64,000 bases of DNA from an uncultured delta proteobacterium (GTDB lineage Bacteria > Myxococcota > Myxococcia > Myxococcales > Myxococcaceae), in the NCBI GenBank assembly GCA_963776345.1, contig CAVZMH010000016.1:96001-160000 (forward strand), given 5' to 3'. Positions 53,990 through 63,484 of the stretch are shown piece by piece. The notes beneath the pieces are model-generated. The model saw only the letters and a list, made by a program, of their open reading frames with translations. It did not search any database and was not told where the DNA came from. The position numbers were made by a program, and so were the translations under genes. Position 1 is the stretch's first letter; every line of letters begins with the position of its first letter.

Positions 53990-54967
53990 TCACCTACCCT
54001 GCTGGGGCGGCAGGTAGGCCAGGTAGAGGTAGGCGGCAGCCACCTCCTCGTCGCTCAGGTAGGCGAAGATCGGCATGCGCGACGCGGGGCTGGCCATCCC
54101 CGCCATCGAAGTCCAGCCGTGCCGCACCTTGTGGACCACCCCGTCGAGCGACATCTGCTCAGGGAGGTTGGCCAGCGCCGGGACCAGACCGGCCATCATC
54201 ATGGCGTGTCCACCGCTCATTCCGGTGGCGTCGTGGCAGACGCGGCAGGTGCCGCGGACCACCTGCTCGCCGATCCGCATGGCCGACTGGCTGACCTTCT
54301 GGACGGCGGCCCCTTTGCCGGCGACCCCGCCCAGCTGCTTGAGGTAGTCCGCGAGCGCCACCACCTCCTGCTCGGAGAGGTAGGCGAAGGGCGGCATGGT
54401 TTCTAGGTAGGGCAGCTTGGGCTTGACCCCGCCTTTGGCCAGCCGCTCCCGCAACGCCTCCTCGGCGTGCAACGCCAGCTGCCGGGCCAGCTGGGGCTTC
54501 GGTTCGGCCCCCGCCGCCTTCATGACGGCCTCGTGCTGAGCCGGCGAGAGGGCCCGCGCCGGGCCGATGATCGAGGCGATGGCGGGCGGCTTCCCGGACC
54601 CGGCCGGACCGTGGCAGGACCGGCAGTTCAGGCGGTAGATGTCCGCGCCGCTGACCGGGAACGTCGCGCGCAGGCTCTGGAGTGCCGCCTCGTCCCTGGA
54701 TCCGGCCTGCGTCAGCGCCTTGCGGACCGAGTCGACGAAGGCCTGGGGAAGCGCGCTTCGGGGAGGGCCATCTCCGCCGAGCCGGCCGAGCGGACTCTCC
54801 TCGACGGTGAGCGCCAGTCCTCGCAGGATGCTGGGGCCGCTGAGCGGCTGGACGGTCCCCGCGGACGCGGCGGCCGCGGGCGGGACCGCCTGCGCCACGG
54901 CCAGCGCCGGTGTGGAGGTGGACAGGAGCAACACCAGGGTCGCGAGGCCGTGACGGTTCGTGCGCAT
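53990..54967 (-). CDS. Exported diheme c-type cytochrome
   Basis: Signal peptide; CRSCH and CRVCH, each followed by MPxFAYLSxxEV. Confidence 0.88.
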   Translation of the reverse strand: MRTNRHGLATLVLLLSTSTPALAVAQAVPPAAAASAGTVQPLSGPSILRGLALTVEESPLGRLGGDGPPRSALPQAFVDSVRKALTQAGSRDEAALQSLRATFPVSGADIYRLNCRSCHGPAGSGKPPAIASIIGPARALSPAQHEAVMKAAGAEPKPQLARQLALHAEEALRERLAKGGVKPKLPYLETMPPFAYLSEQEVVALADYLKQLGGVAGKGAAVQKVSQSAMRIGEQVVRGTCRVCHDATGMSGGHAMMMAGLVPALANLPEQMSLDGVVHKVRHGWTSMAGMASPASRMPIFAYLSDEEVAAAYLYLAYLPPQQGR

Positions 54968-55170
54968 GCGCGGAACGATACGCCCCCCTGAGTCCGGCTC
55001 GCGAGAGACGTGGGGCGGGTCATGGGGTGCGGACACCGCAAGCGGATGCTCTCGTGGTGCTCGCTGCCGTCGAACGCCTCGTCCCGGGCGAGACACCTTC
55101 GACGACCTGAGGGCTCCGAGCCTTGCGCGGACCATCGACTGGTGTCCTGATTGGTCGGGAGGGCTCGGAG

Positions 55171-56235
55171 ATGAAGCCATCGTTCTGGAGCGCGGGGATC
55201 CTCGTACTCGCCTGCGCAGGCGCCAAGGTGCCGGTCCCTGCTCCAACGACTCCGCCCGGGTTGCCGGAGGCGCCGGCCGGATTCGACCGGCTCACCAATG
55301 GACGGGTGACGCAGGAGCAGCACGATGCAGATCGCGCGCAGTTCGAGGAGGACGCGGTGCTACCGGCGCTCGGGCCGGTCTACAACGCGCGCTCCTGTGC
55401 CAACTGCCACGAGACTCCGGTGACGGGTGGGACCAGCCAGGTGGCCGAGGTCCGGACGGCGAACGGGTTGGTCCATGACCGCGCAGTCAGCGCCGAGTCG
55501 CAGGAGCATCTGGTTGCCGGCACCCACTTCTCCCTGCGCGCCTCCACCAGCCTGCTCGGCCTCGGCTTCGTGGAGGACGTCCCCGACGACGAGCTCCGGT
55601 CGTTGGCCCGCGCCAACGGAGGCCAGGTGGTCGAGGTCGCAATTCTGGAAACGCCGGGCTTGCATCGCGTGGGACGATTCGGCTGGAAGTGTCAGCACGC
55701 CTCTCTGCTCAGCTTTGCCGGCGATGCCGAGTTCGGGGAGAAGGGCGTCACCAATCGACTCTTCACCGGCGGGCAGAAGCCACCGTTCGAGGACGTCGAC
55801 CAGGATGGGTCCGAGGACATCGACGCCTACGCCAGCTTCATGCGAGCCACCAAGGCGCCCGGCCGGTCGGCGGCTGCCGGCTCGGACCAGGTCCGGTCCG
55901 GCGAGCGCGTCTTCCTCGACATTGGCTGCGGTTCCTGCCACGTGCCGACGCTGTTCACGAAGAAGGAGGTCTTTCATCCCTACGGCGACTTCCTTCTCCA
56001 TGACGTCGGGACCGCTGACGGAATCGCCCAGGGTGCGGCCCCACCGAACAAGCTGCGTACCGCGGCTCTCTGGGGCCTCCGGTCCCGCTCCAGGCTCCTG
56101 CACGATGGACGCGCGCTCGACCCGGTCGCTGCCATCCAGGCGCATCACGTCGAGGCGGAGCAGAGCCGGGAGCGCTTCGACTCCTTGAACGCTCAGGACC
56201 GGGCCGCGATCCTCGCGTTCCTGGCGTCACTGTGA
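55171..56235 (+). CDS. Di-heme oxidoreductase (DHOR-like) lipoprotein
   Basis: LGPVYNARSCANCH, GRFGWK, CGSCHVP, LLHDVG, RTAALWGL, LLHDGRA; VLAC lipobox. Confidence 0.88.
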   Translation: MKPSFWSAGILVLACAGAKVPVPAPTTPPGLPEAPAGFDRLTNGRVTQEQHDADRAQFEEDAVLPALGPVYNARSCANCHETPVTGGTSQVAEVRTANGLVHDRAVSAESQEHLVAGTHFSLRASTSLLGLGFVEDVPDDELRSLARANGGQVVEVAILETPGLHRVGRFGWKCQHASLLSFAGDAEFGEKGVTNRLFTGGQKPPFEDVDQDGSEDIDAYASFMRATKAPGRSAAAGSDQVRSGERVFLDIGCGSCHVPTLFTKKEVFHPYGDFLLHDVGTADGIAQGAAPPNKLRTAALWGLRSRSRLLHDGRALDPVAAIQAHHVEAEQSRERFDSLNAQDRAAILAFLASL

Positions 56236-56325
56236 CTCCCTCCGCCGGCTCGGGATTCGAAGAACTCGAAGCGAGGTTCCCCGCTCTCGTCGATTGGGCT
56301 CCATGCTGCTCCCCGAGGAGGGACC

Positions 56326-57042
56326 ATGTTCATCGGCCATTACGGCGTCTCGCTGGCGCTGAAGCGGGCAAACCCACGGCTCTCGCTCGGCGGCCTGTTC
56401 CTCGCGGTGCAGGGCCTCGACCTGCTCTTCTTCAGCTTCGTGCTGCTGGGCATCGAGAAGATGCGCATCGTGCCCGGCTTCACCGAGTACAACGCCTACG
56501 ACCTGTACTACATGCCCTACAGCCACGGCCTGGTCGGGTCGCTGGTCTGGGCCGGGCTCGCCCTCGGTGGCGTGCTCCTCCTCCGGCGGGCCCCGCTCAC
56601 CGGAGCGGCCCTGGTCGGGCTGGCCGTCTTCTCGCACTTCCTGCTCGACGTGCCGATGCACACGCCCGACATGCCGCTCCTCGGCGACAGCTCGCCCAAG
56701 GTGGGCCTCGGGCTGTGGAACCACCGCTGGTGGGCGCTGGCTGCGGAGCTCTCGGTCCTCGGGGCTGGGCTCCTGCTCTACCTGCGTGCCTCACGCCCGC
56801 GCACCCCGTCCGGACGGTGGGTGACGGCCACGGTGGCGGTGACCCTCGTCGCGCTGTGCGTGGCGACGCCGTTCATGCCACCGCCGTCGGGCGTCGTTTC
56901 GGGTGCCATCCAGGCCTTGCTCGCCTACGTCGTACTCGCGGCGCTCGCCGTGTGGCTCGAACGCGCGCGCACCGCGAGCTCGATGGAAGGGAAAGCCATT
57001 TCCGCAAGAGCGAGGCCGTGGAGCACCGGCTCGCCCAGATGA
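56326..57042 (+). CDS. Membrane metal-dependent hydrolase (YdjM-like)
   Basis: RBS GAGGAGG; MFIGH, PYSHGL, SHFLLDVPMH; multiple TMs. Confidence 0.82.
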   Translation: MFIGHYGVSLALKRANPRLSLGGLFLAVQGLDLLFFSFVLLGIEKMRIVPGFTEYNAYDLYYMPYSHGLVGSLVWAGLALGGVLLLRRAPLTGAALVGLAVFSHFLLDVPMHTPDMPLLGDSSPKVGLGLWNHRWWALAAELSVLGAGLLLYLRASRPRTPSGRWVTATVAVTLVALCVATPFMPPPSGVVSGAIQALLAYVVLAALAVWLERARTASSMEGKAISARARPWSTGSPR

Positions 57043-57073
57043 ACTCGAGGCACGGGGAGCCTCCACTCACGTG

Positions 57074-57901
57074 TCACCCCGGAACGGGGGCGAGGAAGTG
57101 CTCCATCAGCGCCCGCGCCGTCTGTTCCTCTTGCTCCAGGGGGAAGACGTGGCCGGCGCCCCGGAGGATGACCAACTTCGCGTTCGGGATGAGCCGGGCG
57201 AGCGCGTACGCGTTCTCCACTGGCACCAGCCGATCCTGATCTCCGGAGAGGACCAGCGTGGGGCACGCGATCTGCTTCAAACGGGGGGAGGTGTGGTGCC
57301 CCAGGATGGCGCTCAGCTGGGTGAGGGCCGCGAGCGGCCGCGCGTGCTCGCTGCGGAGAAACCAGGCGCCCACCACGTCCGGGTTCGCGGCGACGAAGGC
57401 TGGCGTGGTCAGCAGCCTGCCGATCACGCCCGGGCGGTTGCGCGGCCCGCGGGCCACCACGCGCACGAAGTCCACCACGGTGGAGAGCGAAGGCTTGTGG
57501 CTGATCAGGTACGAGGCGTGGGTGGCCCCCAGCGCCAGCGCGCGCAGGCGCTCCGGGTGCCGCAGCGCGAGCTCCTGCGCGATCATCCCGCCCATGGAGA
57601 TGCCGAAGACGTTGGCCCCTCCGGCGCCGCCCTGCCGGGGTGGGATTCCCACCGCGTCGAGCACGGCCACGGCGTCGTCGGCCATTTCTCGCATCTTGAG
57701 GAAGCCCAGCCGCGTGCCCGAGTGGCCGGTCCCGCGGTTGTCGAAGGTGACGACGAAGAAGTGCTGGGCCAGCTTCTCGGGCAGCGCGCCCCAGCCGCGC
57801 GAGGAGACGCCCATGCCCATGACCAGCAGCAGGGTTGGCGAGGAGCGCTCGCCATAGGTCGTGTAGTGGATGCGGTGGCGCTGGCGCGTGGTGAAGGGCA
57901 C
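57074..57901 (-). CDS. Alpha/beta hydrolase
   Basis: FDNRGTG, GISMGG nucleophile elbow, GDQD, GAGH. Confidence 0.92.
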   Translation of the reverse strand: MPFTTRQRHRIHYTTYGERSSPTLLLVMGMGVSSRGWGALPEKLAQHFFVVTFDNRGTGHSGTRLGFLKMREMADDAVAVLDAVGIPPRQGGAGGANVFGISMGGMIAQELALRHPERLRALALGATHASYLISHKPSLSTVVDFVRVVARGPRNRPGVIGRLLTTPAFVAANPDVVGAWFLRSEHARPLAALTQLSAILGHHTSPRLKQIACPTLVLSGDQDRLVPVENAYALARLIPNAKLVILRGAGHVFPLEQEEQTARALMEHFLAPVPG

Positions 57902-57913
57902 GGTGGGGCGGCC

Positions 57914-59366
57914 TCAGGAATTCCCCGGGGCGGCTCGCGCCGCGCCCGAGGAGGAAGCGGTGGCCGCGGCACCCTCGGCGCCAGCGACCAGCTCGGTCAT
58001 TGCCTGGCCCATGTGCTCGGCCAGGCTGGGAAGATCCTTGGCTGCCTCCGCGTCGCCCAGGAGTCCCACGCCCACGTGCCCGTTGTAGCTGAGCAGTCCC
58101 ACGGACAGGGTCTGCAGGGCGGCCAGGGGCACCGCCGGGTAGCAGGCCAGCATCTGGCGGCCGAGCAGGTAGAGCGGGAACTGGGGCCCCGGCACGTTGG
58201 TGACCACCAGGTTGAAGAAGCGGGTGGCCACTGCCTGCAGCCGCGCCGCCTGGGTGAGCAGCGTGGGCGGGGCGAAGTCCGACAGCCGGGTCAGCGCCAT
58301 GGCGCTCATCACCTGGCCGCTCTCCTTGAGGCCCTTCATCGACTCGCGCACGCGCTCGAGGCGGCGGCGCGGGTCCGGCTCGCCGACCGGGAGCGCGCAG
58401 AAGGTGGGTGTCACCTGGTTGCCCAGCGTCTCGGAGCCGCGCGCCGACGCGCCGCGCACGCTCACCGGAACCATGACCCGCAGGTCGGGCCCCACCTCCT
58501 CGCCCCGGCCCAGGAGCAACGCGCGCAGCGCTCCCGCCACCACGGTGAGGAGCACGTCGTTGACCGTCCCGCCGAGCGTGGCCCGCACGCGCTTGATCTC
58601 CGCGAGCGATAGCTGGGCGGTGCAGAAGCGGCGGTGGGGTCCGATGGGCACGTTGAGCGAGCTGCCCGGGGCCTTGCCCATCTGCGCGAGCCCCAGAAGG
58701 GGCTTCACGCTCCCGGCCAGCATGGCCACCAGGGTCCGGGCGTCCGAGCCCGGCTTGAGCGCCAGATCCCTGGCCATCTCCAACGGGTGGGTGAGCTGCT
58801 GCTTCACCGAGGCGCGCAGCAGCGCCAGGCGGCTCGGCGCGGGCCGCGGCGTCCAAGGCGCGCCCGGCAGCTGGGGTCTCCGGGACGGGCTCGGCGTCCA
58901 TCAGCACCGACGCGATGTCCATGCCAGAGATGCCGTCGACCATGCAGTGGTGCGTCTTGGTGAGGATGGCGAAGCCACTGCGGTCCTCCCCCACGCCCTC
59001 GATGAACCACATCTCCCAGAGCGGCTTGCTGCGGTCGAGCTCCTGGGCCATCAGCCGGCCCGTCAACTTGAGCAGCTGGGTCTCACTCCCCGGGACTGGC
59101 AAGGCGGTCTGACGCACGTGGTACTCGAGGTCGAACTGGTCCTCGTCCACCCACACCGGACGACCCTGCTGGAAGAGGACCCACTCCAGGCGCTGGCGGT
59201 AGCGGGGGACGCGCGAGAGCCGGGACTCGACCAGCCGCAGCAGCTCGTCGTACTGCGGAGAGGGACCCTCGAACAGCGCGAGCCCGCCCACGTGCATGTG
59301 CGTGCTGCGGTCTTCCAGGTTGAGGAATGCGAAGTCCAGACTGCTCAAGCGCTCGAACCACGCCAT
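57914..59366 (-). CDS. Wax ester synthase/diacylglycerol acyltransferase (indel near 58870)
   Basis: LDFAFL...MHVG, LDRSKPLWE, HHCMVDG (HHxxxDG), GTVNDV, LGNQ, NLVVTNVPGP. Confidence 0.92.
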
Positions 59367-59453
59367 GGCGGCAACTTGTCACATCTGCGCGGGTGGCTCA
59401 GCGGGTTGCTGGCGGCCGTTCGCTCGCCGCGCTTGAATGGGCGTCCTCGGGCG

Positions 59454-60254
59454 CTACGGCTCGAACGACCAGCTCTCGCTGCCGCCCGACCAGCTGATGG
59501 TGCGTGTGGCTGGCGTGGTCGTGGTGTCCGTCGAGACCGTGAAGGCGCAGCTGCTGCCGTCGCTGGTGGTGAACGAACCGTCGATCAGGACCGAGAGCCG
59601 GGTGTTCGTTCCACCGGCATCGTCGGAGAACGAGGCGATGACCTGACCGTTGGCCAGCCGGAGGAATACCTCGTCGAAGATGCCCGGGGCGTCGCCACAG
59701 GGGTCGATCACCGACACCACCGAGAACGCCGTGGGCGGCGCGGGCGTCCCCGGCTCTCCCTGCGGACCGGGCTCGCCGGGAGCACCGTTGAGGACGAGCG
59801 TGGAGGTGGCGCCACAAACAATCAGCGCGCCACCGTCGGGAGCAGGACCGGCGGGATCGGCCACCACCGCCTGGACCGTGCAGCTCGCCCCGTCGCTTCC
59901 TGCGGGACCCGCCGGGCCCTGCTGACCCGGAGCGCCATCCGATCCGTTCGTGCCATTGGTCCCGTTGGTTCCGTTCGTGCCGTCGCAGACCACCGCCTGC
60001 GAGACGAGCCGATCACCGGTGGTCACCGTCCCCGACCCGTCGACGTCTTGGTACGAGGCAGCGACGACGCCCGGGCCGCCGTTGCATCCGGCCGCCGCGT
60101 CCTGTCGCTGCAGGATGAGTAAGGTCGAGACGCCGGCAGCCCCGTCCGTGCCGTTCTGGCCGTCGGCACCCTTCGCCCCGGTCACACCTTCGACGCCCGT
60201 GCAACCGCCCAGGGCGACCACCACACAGAGTGTCCAGTGCTTCATCGTGTTCAC
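59454..60254 (-). CDS. Collagen-like (Gly-X-Y) lipoprotein with Cys-containing globular domains
   Basis: ALGGC lipobox; three Gly-X-Y runs; C-terminal IDPCGD...DEVFLRL...SCAFTV. Confidence 0.82.
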   Translation of the reverse strand: MNTMKHWTLCVVVALGGCTGVEGVTGAKGADGQNGTDGAAGVSTLLILQRQDAAAGCNGGPGVVAASYQDVDGSGTVTTGDRLVSQAVVCDGTNGTNGTNGTNGSDGAPGQQGPAGPAGSDGASCTVQAVVADPAGPAPDGGALIVCGATSTLVLNGAPGEPGPQGEPGTPAPPTAFSVVSVIDPCGDAPGIFDEVFLRLANGQVIASFSDDAGGTNTRLSVLIDGSFTTSDGSSCAFTVSTDTTTTPATRTISWSGGSESWSFEP

Positions 60255-60279
60255 GTCTCCGTTTCCGGATGGACGGAAC

Positions 60280-60295
60280 TGCAGCCGCCGTGCCC
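60280..60295 (-). promoter_or_regulatory. Putative sigma54 promoter for the collagen-like lipoprotein
   Basis: GGGCACGGCGGCTGCA (GG-N10-GC); predicted +1 near 60269, RBS GGAG at 60257-60260. Confidence 0.6.
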
Positions 60296-60483
60296 CGAGG
60301 AAGGGCTCCTGACATCATGGGCTTGGACGACGGGAGCGAAGGTCCACTGAGCGGGATGGGTCCGGGCGAACCCCGGAGTCAGTGCAGCCGGGGAACGCGC
60401 AGGCGGCCAGGCCGCGCGCCGCTCTCCAGGGCCCGGCACGAGCGGCATGTCGAGTCGGCCGGGGCCTCATGGCCGCAGACACG

Positions 60484-60525
60484 AAAAACCCCCGCCAGCC
60501 AGATTCTCCTGTGCTGACGGGGGTT
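60484..60525 (-). terminator. Intrinsic terminator after tRNA-Pro
   Basis: AACCCCCGTCAGC pairs with GCTGGCGGGGGTT, followed by a T-run on the minus strand. Confidence 0.8.
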
Positions 60526-60530
60526 CTCCT

Positions 60531-60607
60531 TGGTCGGGGCGACTGGATTTGAACCAGCGACCACCTGCACCCCAAGCAGGTGCGCTACCAGGCTGCGCTA
60601 CGCCCCG
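60531..60607 (-). tRNA. tRNA-Pro (GGG), CCA encoded
   Basis: CGGGGCG acceptor stem, anticodon arm CCTGC-TTGGGGT-GCAGG, GGTTCAAATCC T-arm, ends ACCA; 77 nt. Confidence 0.97.
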
Positions 60608-60671
60608 GGAACTGCTCGGCGATGCGGCGAACTGCGGGGAAGCGGGGATGTACCTGCCGGCCCCCGGTCGG

Positions 60672-61001
60672 TCAAGCCGCTCCGTCGCCGCCGGAGCTCC
60701 CGCCCGCCGCCGCGGCTGCCTCGGCGGCGTTGTTCAGGGCGCTCTTCAGCACCTGGCTCGGGCGGAAGGTGAGCACCCGACGCGCCGAGATCTCGATCTC
60801 CTTGCCCGTCTGCGGATTCCGCCCGACGCGCGCGTTCTTCTGGCGCACCTGGAAGTTCCCGAAGCCGGAGATCTTGATCTTGTCCCCGCGCTCGAGCGTC
60901 TCCTTCACCATGTCGAAGACCAGCTCGACGATCTCGGCGGATTCCTTCTTGGAGAACCCCACCTTCTCGTAGACGCCTTCGATGATGTCGGCCTTCGTCA
61001 T
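60672..61001 (-). CDS. ihfA: Integration host factor alpha
   Basis: MTKADI...KISGFGNF...GRNPQTG...RRVLTFRPS; follows pheT. Confidence 0.94.
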   Translation of the reverse strand: MTKADIIEGVYEKVGFSKKESAEIVELVFDMVKETLERGDKIKISGFGNFQVRQKNARVGRNPQTGKEIEISARRVLTFRPSQVLKSALNNAAEAAAAAGGSSGGDGAA

Positions 61002-61061
61002 GGAGCAGAAGCATGCCTGCCTGCTCCCGAACGTGTCAACTTGCCGGAGTTGCTGAGGGTT

Positions 61062-63482
61062 TTAACGACCCCTCAGCTGGCCACCCAGGCGCCTCTGGAC
61101 CTCCTCCACGATGCGGGCATGGGCCGCCTGGACCTCGTCGTCCCGGAGCGTCCGGTCGGGGGACCGGTACCGGAGCGCGAAGGCGAGGTTCTTCTGCCCC
61201 TCGGGCAGAGGTGCGCCGATGTAGACGTCGAAGAGCTCCGCGTCCTCGACCAGCGGCTGGCCCACCTCGCGGATGACGGCGCGCACCTCGGCCGCCTGCC
61301 TCGAGACCGGCACCACCACCGCCAGGTCGCGGAGCACCGCCGGGTAGCGAGGGAGCGGCTGGAACTGCGGCGACAGCTCCGCCACCCGCTCCAGCGCCGC
61401 GAACTCCAGCTCGAAGGCGAACACCCCCCGGGGCAGCTCGAGCTGCTGGGCCACCCGCGGATGGATCTCCCCCACCCACCCCAGCACCACGTCGCCCACC
61501 CGCGCCTCGGCGGTCGCGCGCGGATGGAACGGCGCCACCCGGGCCAACCGGCAGGTCACCTCGCCGCCCCCGAGCGCCGAGACGATGGCCTCCACCGCGC
61601 CCCGGGCATCGGCGAAGTCGTTCGCCGCATCCTTCGAGGTCCAGCCGCGCGGATCGCGCCGGCCCCAGAGCACACCGGCGACGTGGAGCCGCTCCTCGGC
61701 CACCGGCCGCAGGTCCTTCCCGCCGTACGGGTCGCGCAGGTAGGCCCGGCCGATCTCGTAGAGCCGGAGCGCCGCGGGCTGGTGACGCAGGTTGGACGCC
61801 ACGTTCGAGAGCAGGGAGGCCAGGAGCGTGGTCCGCATCACCGCCTGCTGCGGGGTGAGCGGGTTCCTGAGCGAGACCGCCTCCACCGAGCTCCCGAGCT
61901 TCTCCAGGGCCCGCGGCGTCACCCACGGAAGCAGGCCCGGGTCGACGAAGCTGTAGTTCACCACCTCGTCGAAGCCGCCGCCCGAGAGCGCGCCGCGGAT
62001 ACGCCGCTCCACCTCCACCCACGCCGGCTCGGGCACCAGCTCGCCCGAGCTCGCCGGGAGCACCGAGGGGATGTGCTCGTAGCCACGGACCCGGGCGACC
62101 TCCTCCACCAGGTCCTCGGGCCGCTCCACGTCGTGGCGCCAGCCGGGAACCCGCCAGCGCCCGCCGCTCTCGGCGGCGAAGCCGAGCGAGCCGAGGATGG
62201 ACCGGACGTCCGCCTCCGGCACGGGGGCCCCGAGGAGCGCGTCCACCTCGCCCTTGCCCAGGGTCACGACCCGCGGCTCGGCCGGGCGCGGGTGCACGTC
62301 GAGCCGCCCGCGGCGCACGGTCGCGCCCGACAGCTCGGCCATCAGCGCCGCGGCATGATCGAGCACCTCCGGGAGCACCGTCCGGTCGACGCCGCGCTCG
62401 AAGCGGTACGAGGCCTCGCTGTGCAGCTGGTGCCGGCGCGCCATCCGGCGGATGGTGCCCGGGTCCCAGTTCGCCGCCTCGAGCAGGACGCGGGTCGTGC
62501 CCTCGGTCACCTCGGTGTCGGCTCCGCCCATGGTGCCGGCGAGCGACTGCGCGCCCCGGGTGTCCTCGATGACCAGGTCGTCCGCGGCCAGCGTCCGCAT
62601 CTTCCCGTCGAGGGTGGTGAGCGCCTCGCCGTCGCGCGCCCGGCGCACGCGCAAGAGGCCCCCCTGGATCCGGTCCAGGTCGAAGGCGTGCAGCGGCTGC
62701 CCGAGTTCGAGCATCACGTAATTGGTCACGTCGACCACGTTGCTGATGCTCCGGACCCCGCAGCGCTCGAGCCGCCGCCGGAGCCACGCGGGCGACGGCC
62801 CGATGCGCACGCCCTCCAGCACCCGGGCGGTGAAGCGCGGGCAGCCCACCGGGTCGGCGATCTCGATACGGATGGGGTCGGAGACCGGCGCGCCCGACTC
62901 GGCCGGGGTCCGGAGCTTCCGCTGCAGCGGGACACCGAGCACCGCCGCCGCCTCGCGGCCCACGCCCAGGTGGCTGAGCGCGTCGCCCCGGTTCGGGGTG
63001 ACGTTCACCTCGAGCACCGTGTCCTCGAGCCCCAGCGCCTTCGCCAGCGCGGTCCCCGGCACGAGCTCCTTCGGCAGGATGAGGAGGCCGCTGGCGTCGT
63101 CGGACAGCCCGAGCTCCTTGCCGGAGCAGAGCATCCCGTTGCTCTCCACCCCCCGGAGGCTGGCCCGCTGGATGGTGGGCCCACCGGGCAGCGTCGTTCC
63201 CACCGTCGCCAGGGCGACCAGGTCACCGACCTGGAAGTTCTTCGCCCCGCAGACGACCTGGAGGTGAGCGCCGCCCGCGTCCACCTGGGTGACGCTCAGC
63301 TTCTCGGCGTTGGGGTGCGGCGCCGCCGCCGCGATGCGCGCGACGACCACGCCGGCCAGCACCTCGGCCGGCCGGTGCAGCCCCTCGACCTCGAGGCCCG
63401 CCCGGGTCAGGCGCCGGGCGAGCTCCTCGGCAGCCGGGAGCGGGGAGACGAAGTCACTCAACCACTCGACGGAGACCTTCAT
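61062..63482 (-). CDS. pheT: Phenylalanyl-tRNA synthetase beta subunit
   Basis: HPNAEKL, VCGA, TPNRGD, NVVDVTNY, RFERG, DLVEEVARV, FDX-ACB C-terminus. Confidence 0.97.
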   Translation of the reverse strand: MKVSVEWLSDFVSPLPAAEELARRLTRAGLEVEGLHRPAEVLAGVVVARIAAAAPHPNAEKLSVTQVDAGGAHLQVVCGAKNFQVGDLVALATVGTTLPGGPTIQRASLRGVESNGMLCSGKELGLSDDASGLLILPKELVPGTALAKALGLEDTVLEVNVTPNRGDALSHLGVGREAAAVLGVPLQRKLRTPAESGAPVSDPIRIEIADPVGCPRFTARVLEGVRIGPSPAWLRRRLERCGVRSISNVVDVTNYVMLELGQPLHAFDLDRIQGGLLRVRRARDGEALTTLDGKMRTLAADDLVIEDTRGAQSLAGTMGGADTEVTEGTTRVLLEAANWDPGTIRRMARRHQLHSEASYRFERGVDRTVLPEVLDHAAALMAELSGATVRRGRLDVHPRPAEPRVVTLGKGEVDALLGAPVPEADVRSILGSLGFAAESGGRWRVPGWRHDVERPEDLVEEVARVRGYEHIPSVLPASSGELVPEPAWVEVERRIRGALSGGGFDEVVNYSFVDPGLLPWVTPRALEKLGSSVEAVSLRNPLTPQQAVMRTTLLASLLSNVASNLRHQPAALRLYEIGRAYLRDPYGGKDLRPVAEERLHVAGVLWGRRDPRGWTSKDAANDFADARGAVEAIVSALGGGEVTCRLARVAPFHPRATAEARVGDVVLGWVGEIHPRVAQQLELPRGVFAFELEFAALERVAELSPQFQPLPRYPAVLRDLAVVVPVSRQAAEVRAVIREVGQPLVEDAELFDVYIGAPLPEGQKNLAFALRYRSPDRTLRDDEVQAAHARIVEEVQRRLGGQLRGR

Positions 63483-63484
63483 GG

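Noticed and set aside
59935..59990. Short tandem 9-bp repeats
   Set aside because: They encode (Gly-Thr-Asn)n collagen repeats; not CRISPR. No CRISPR array was seen in the window.
44000..60530. Prophage, tailocin, eCIS or T6SS locus
   Set aside because: No sheath, baseplate, spike, capsid, terminase, integrase or lysis genes recognised.
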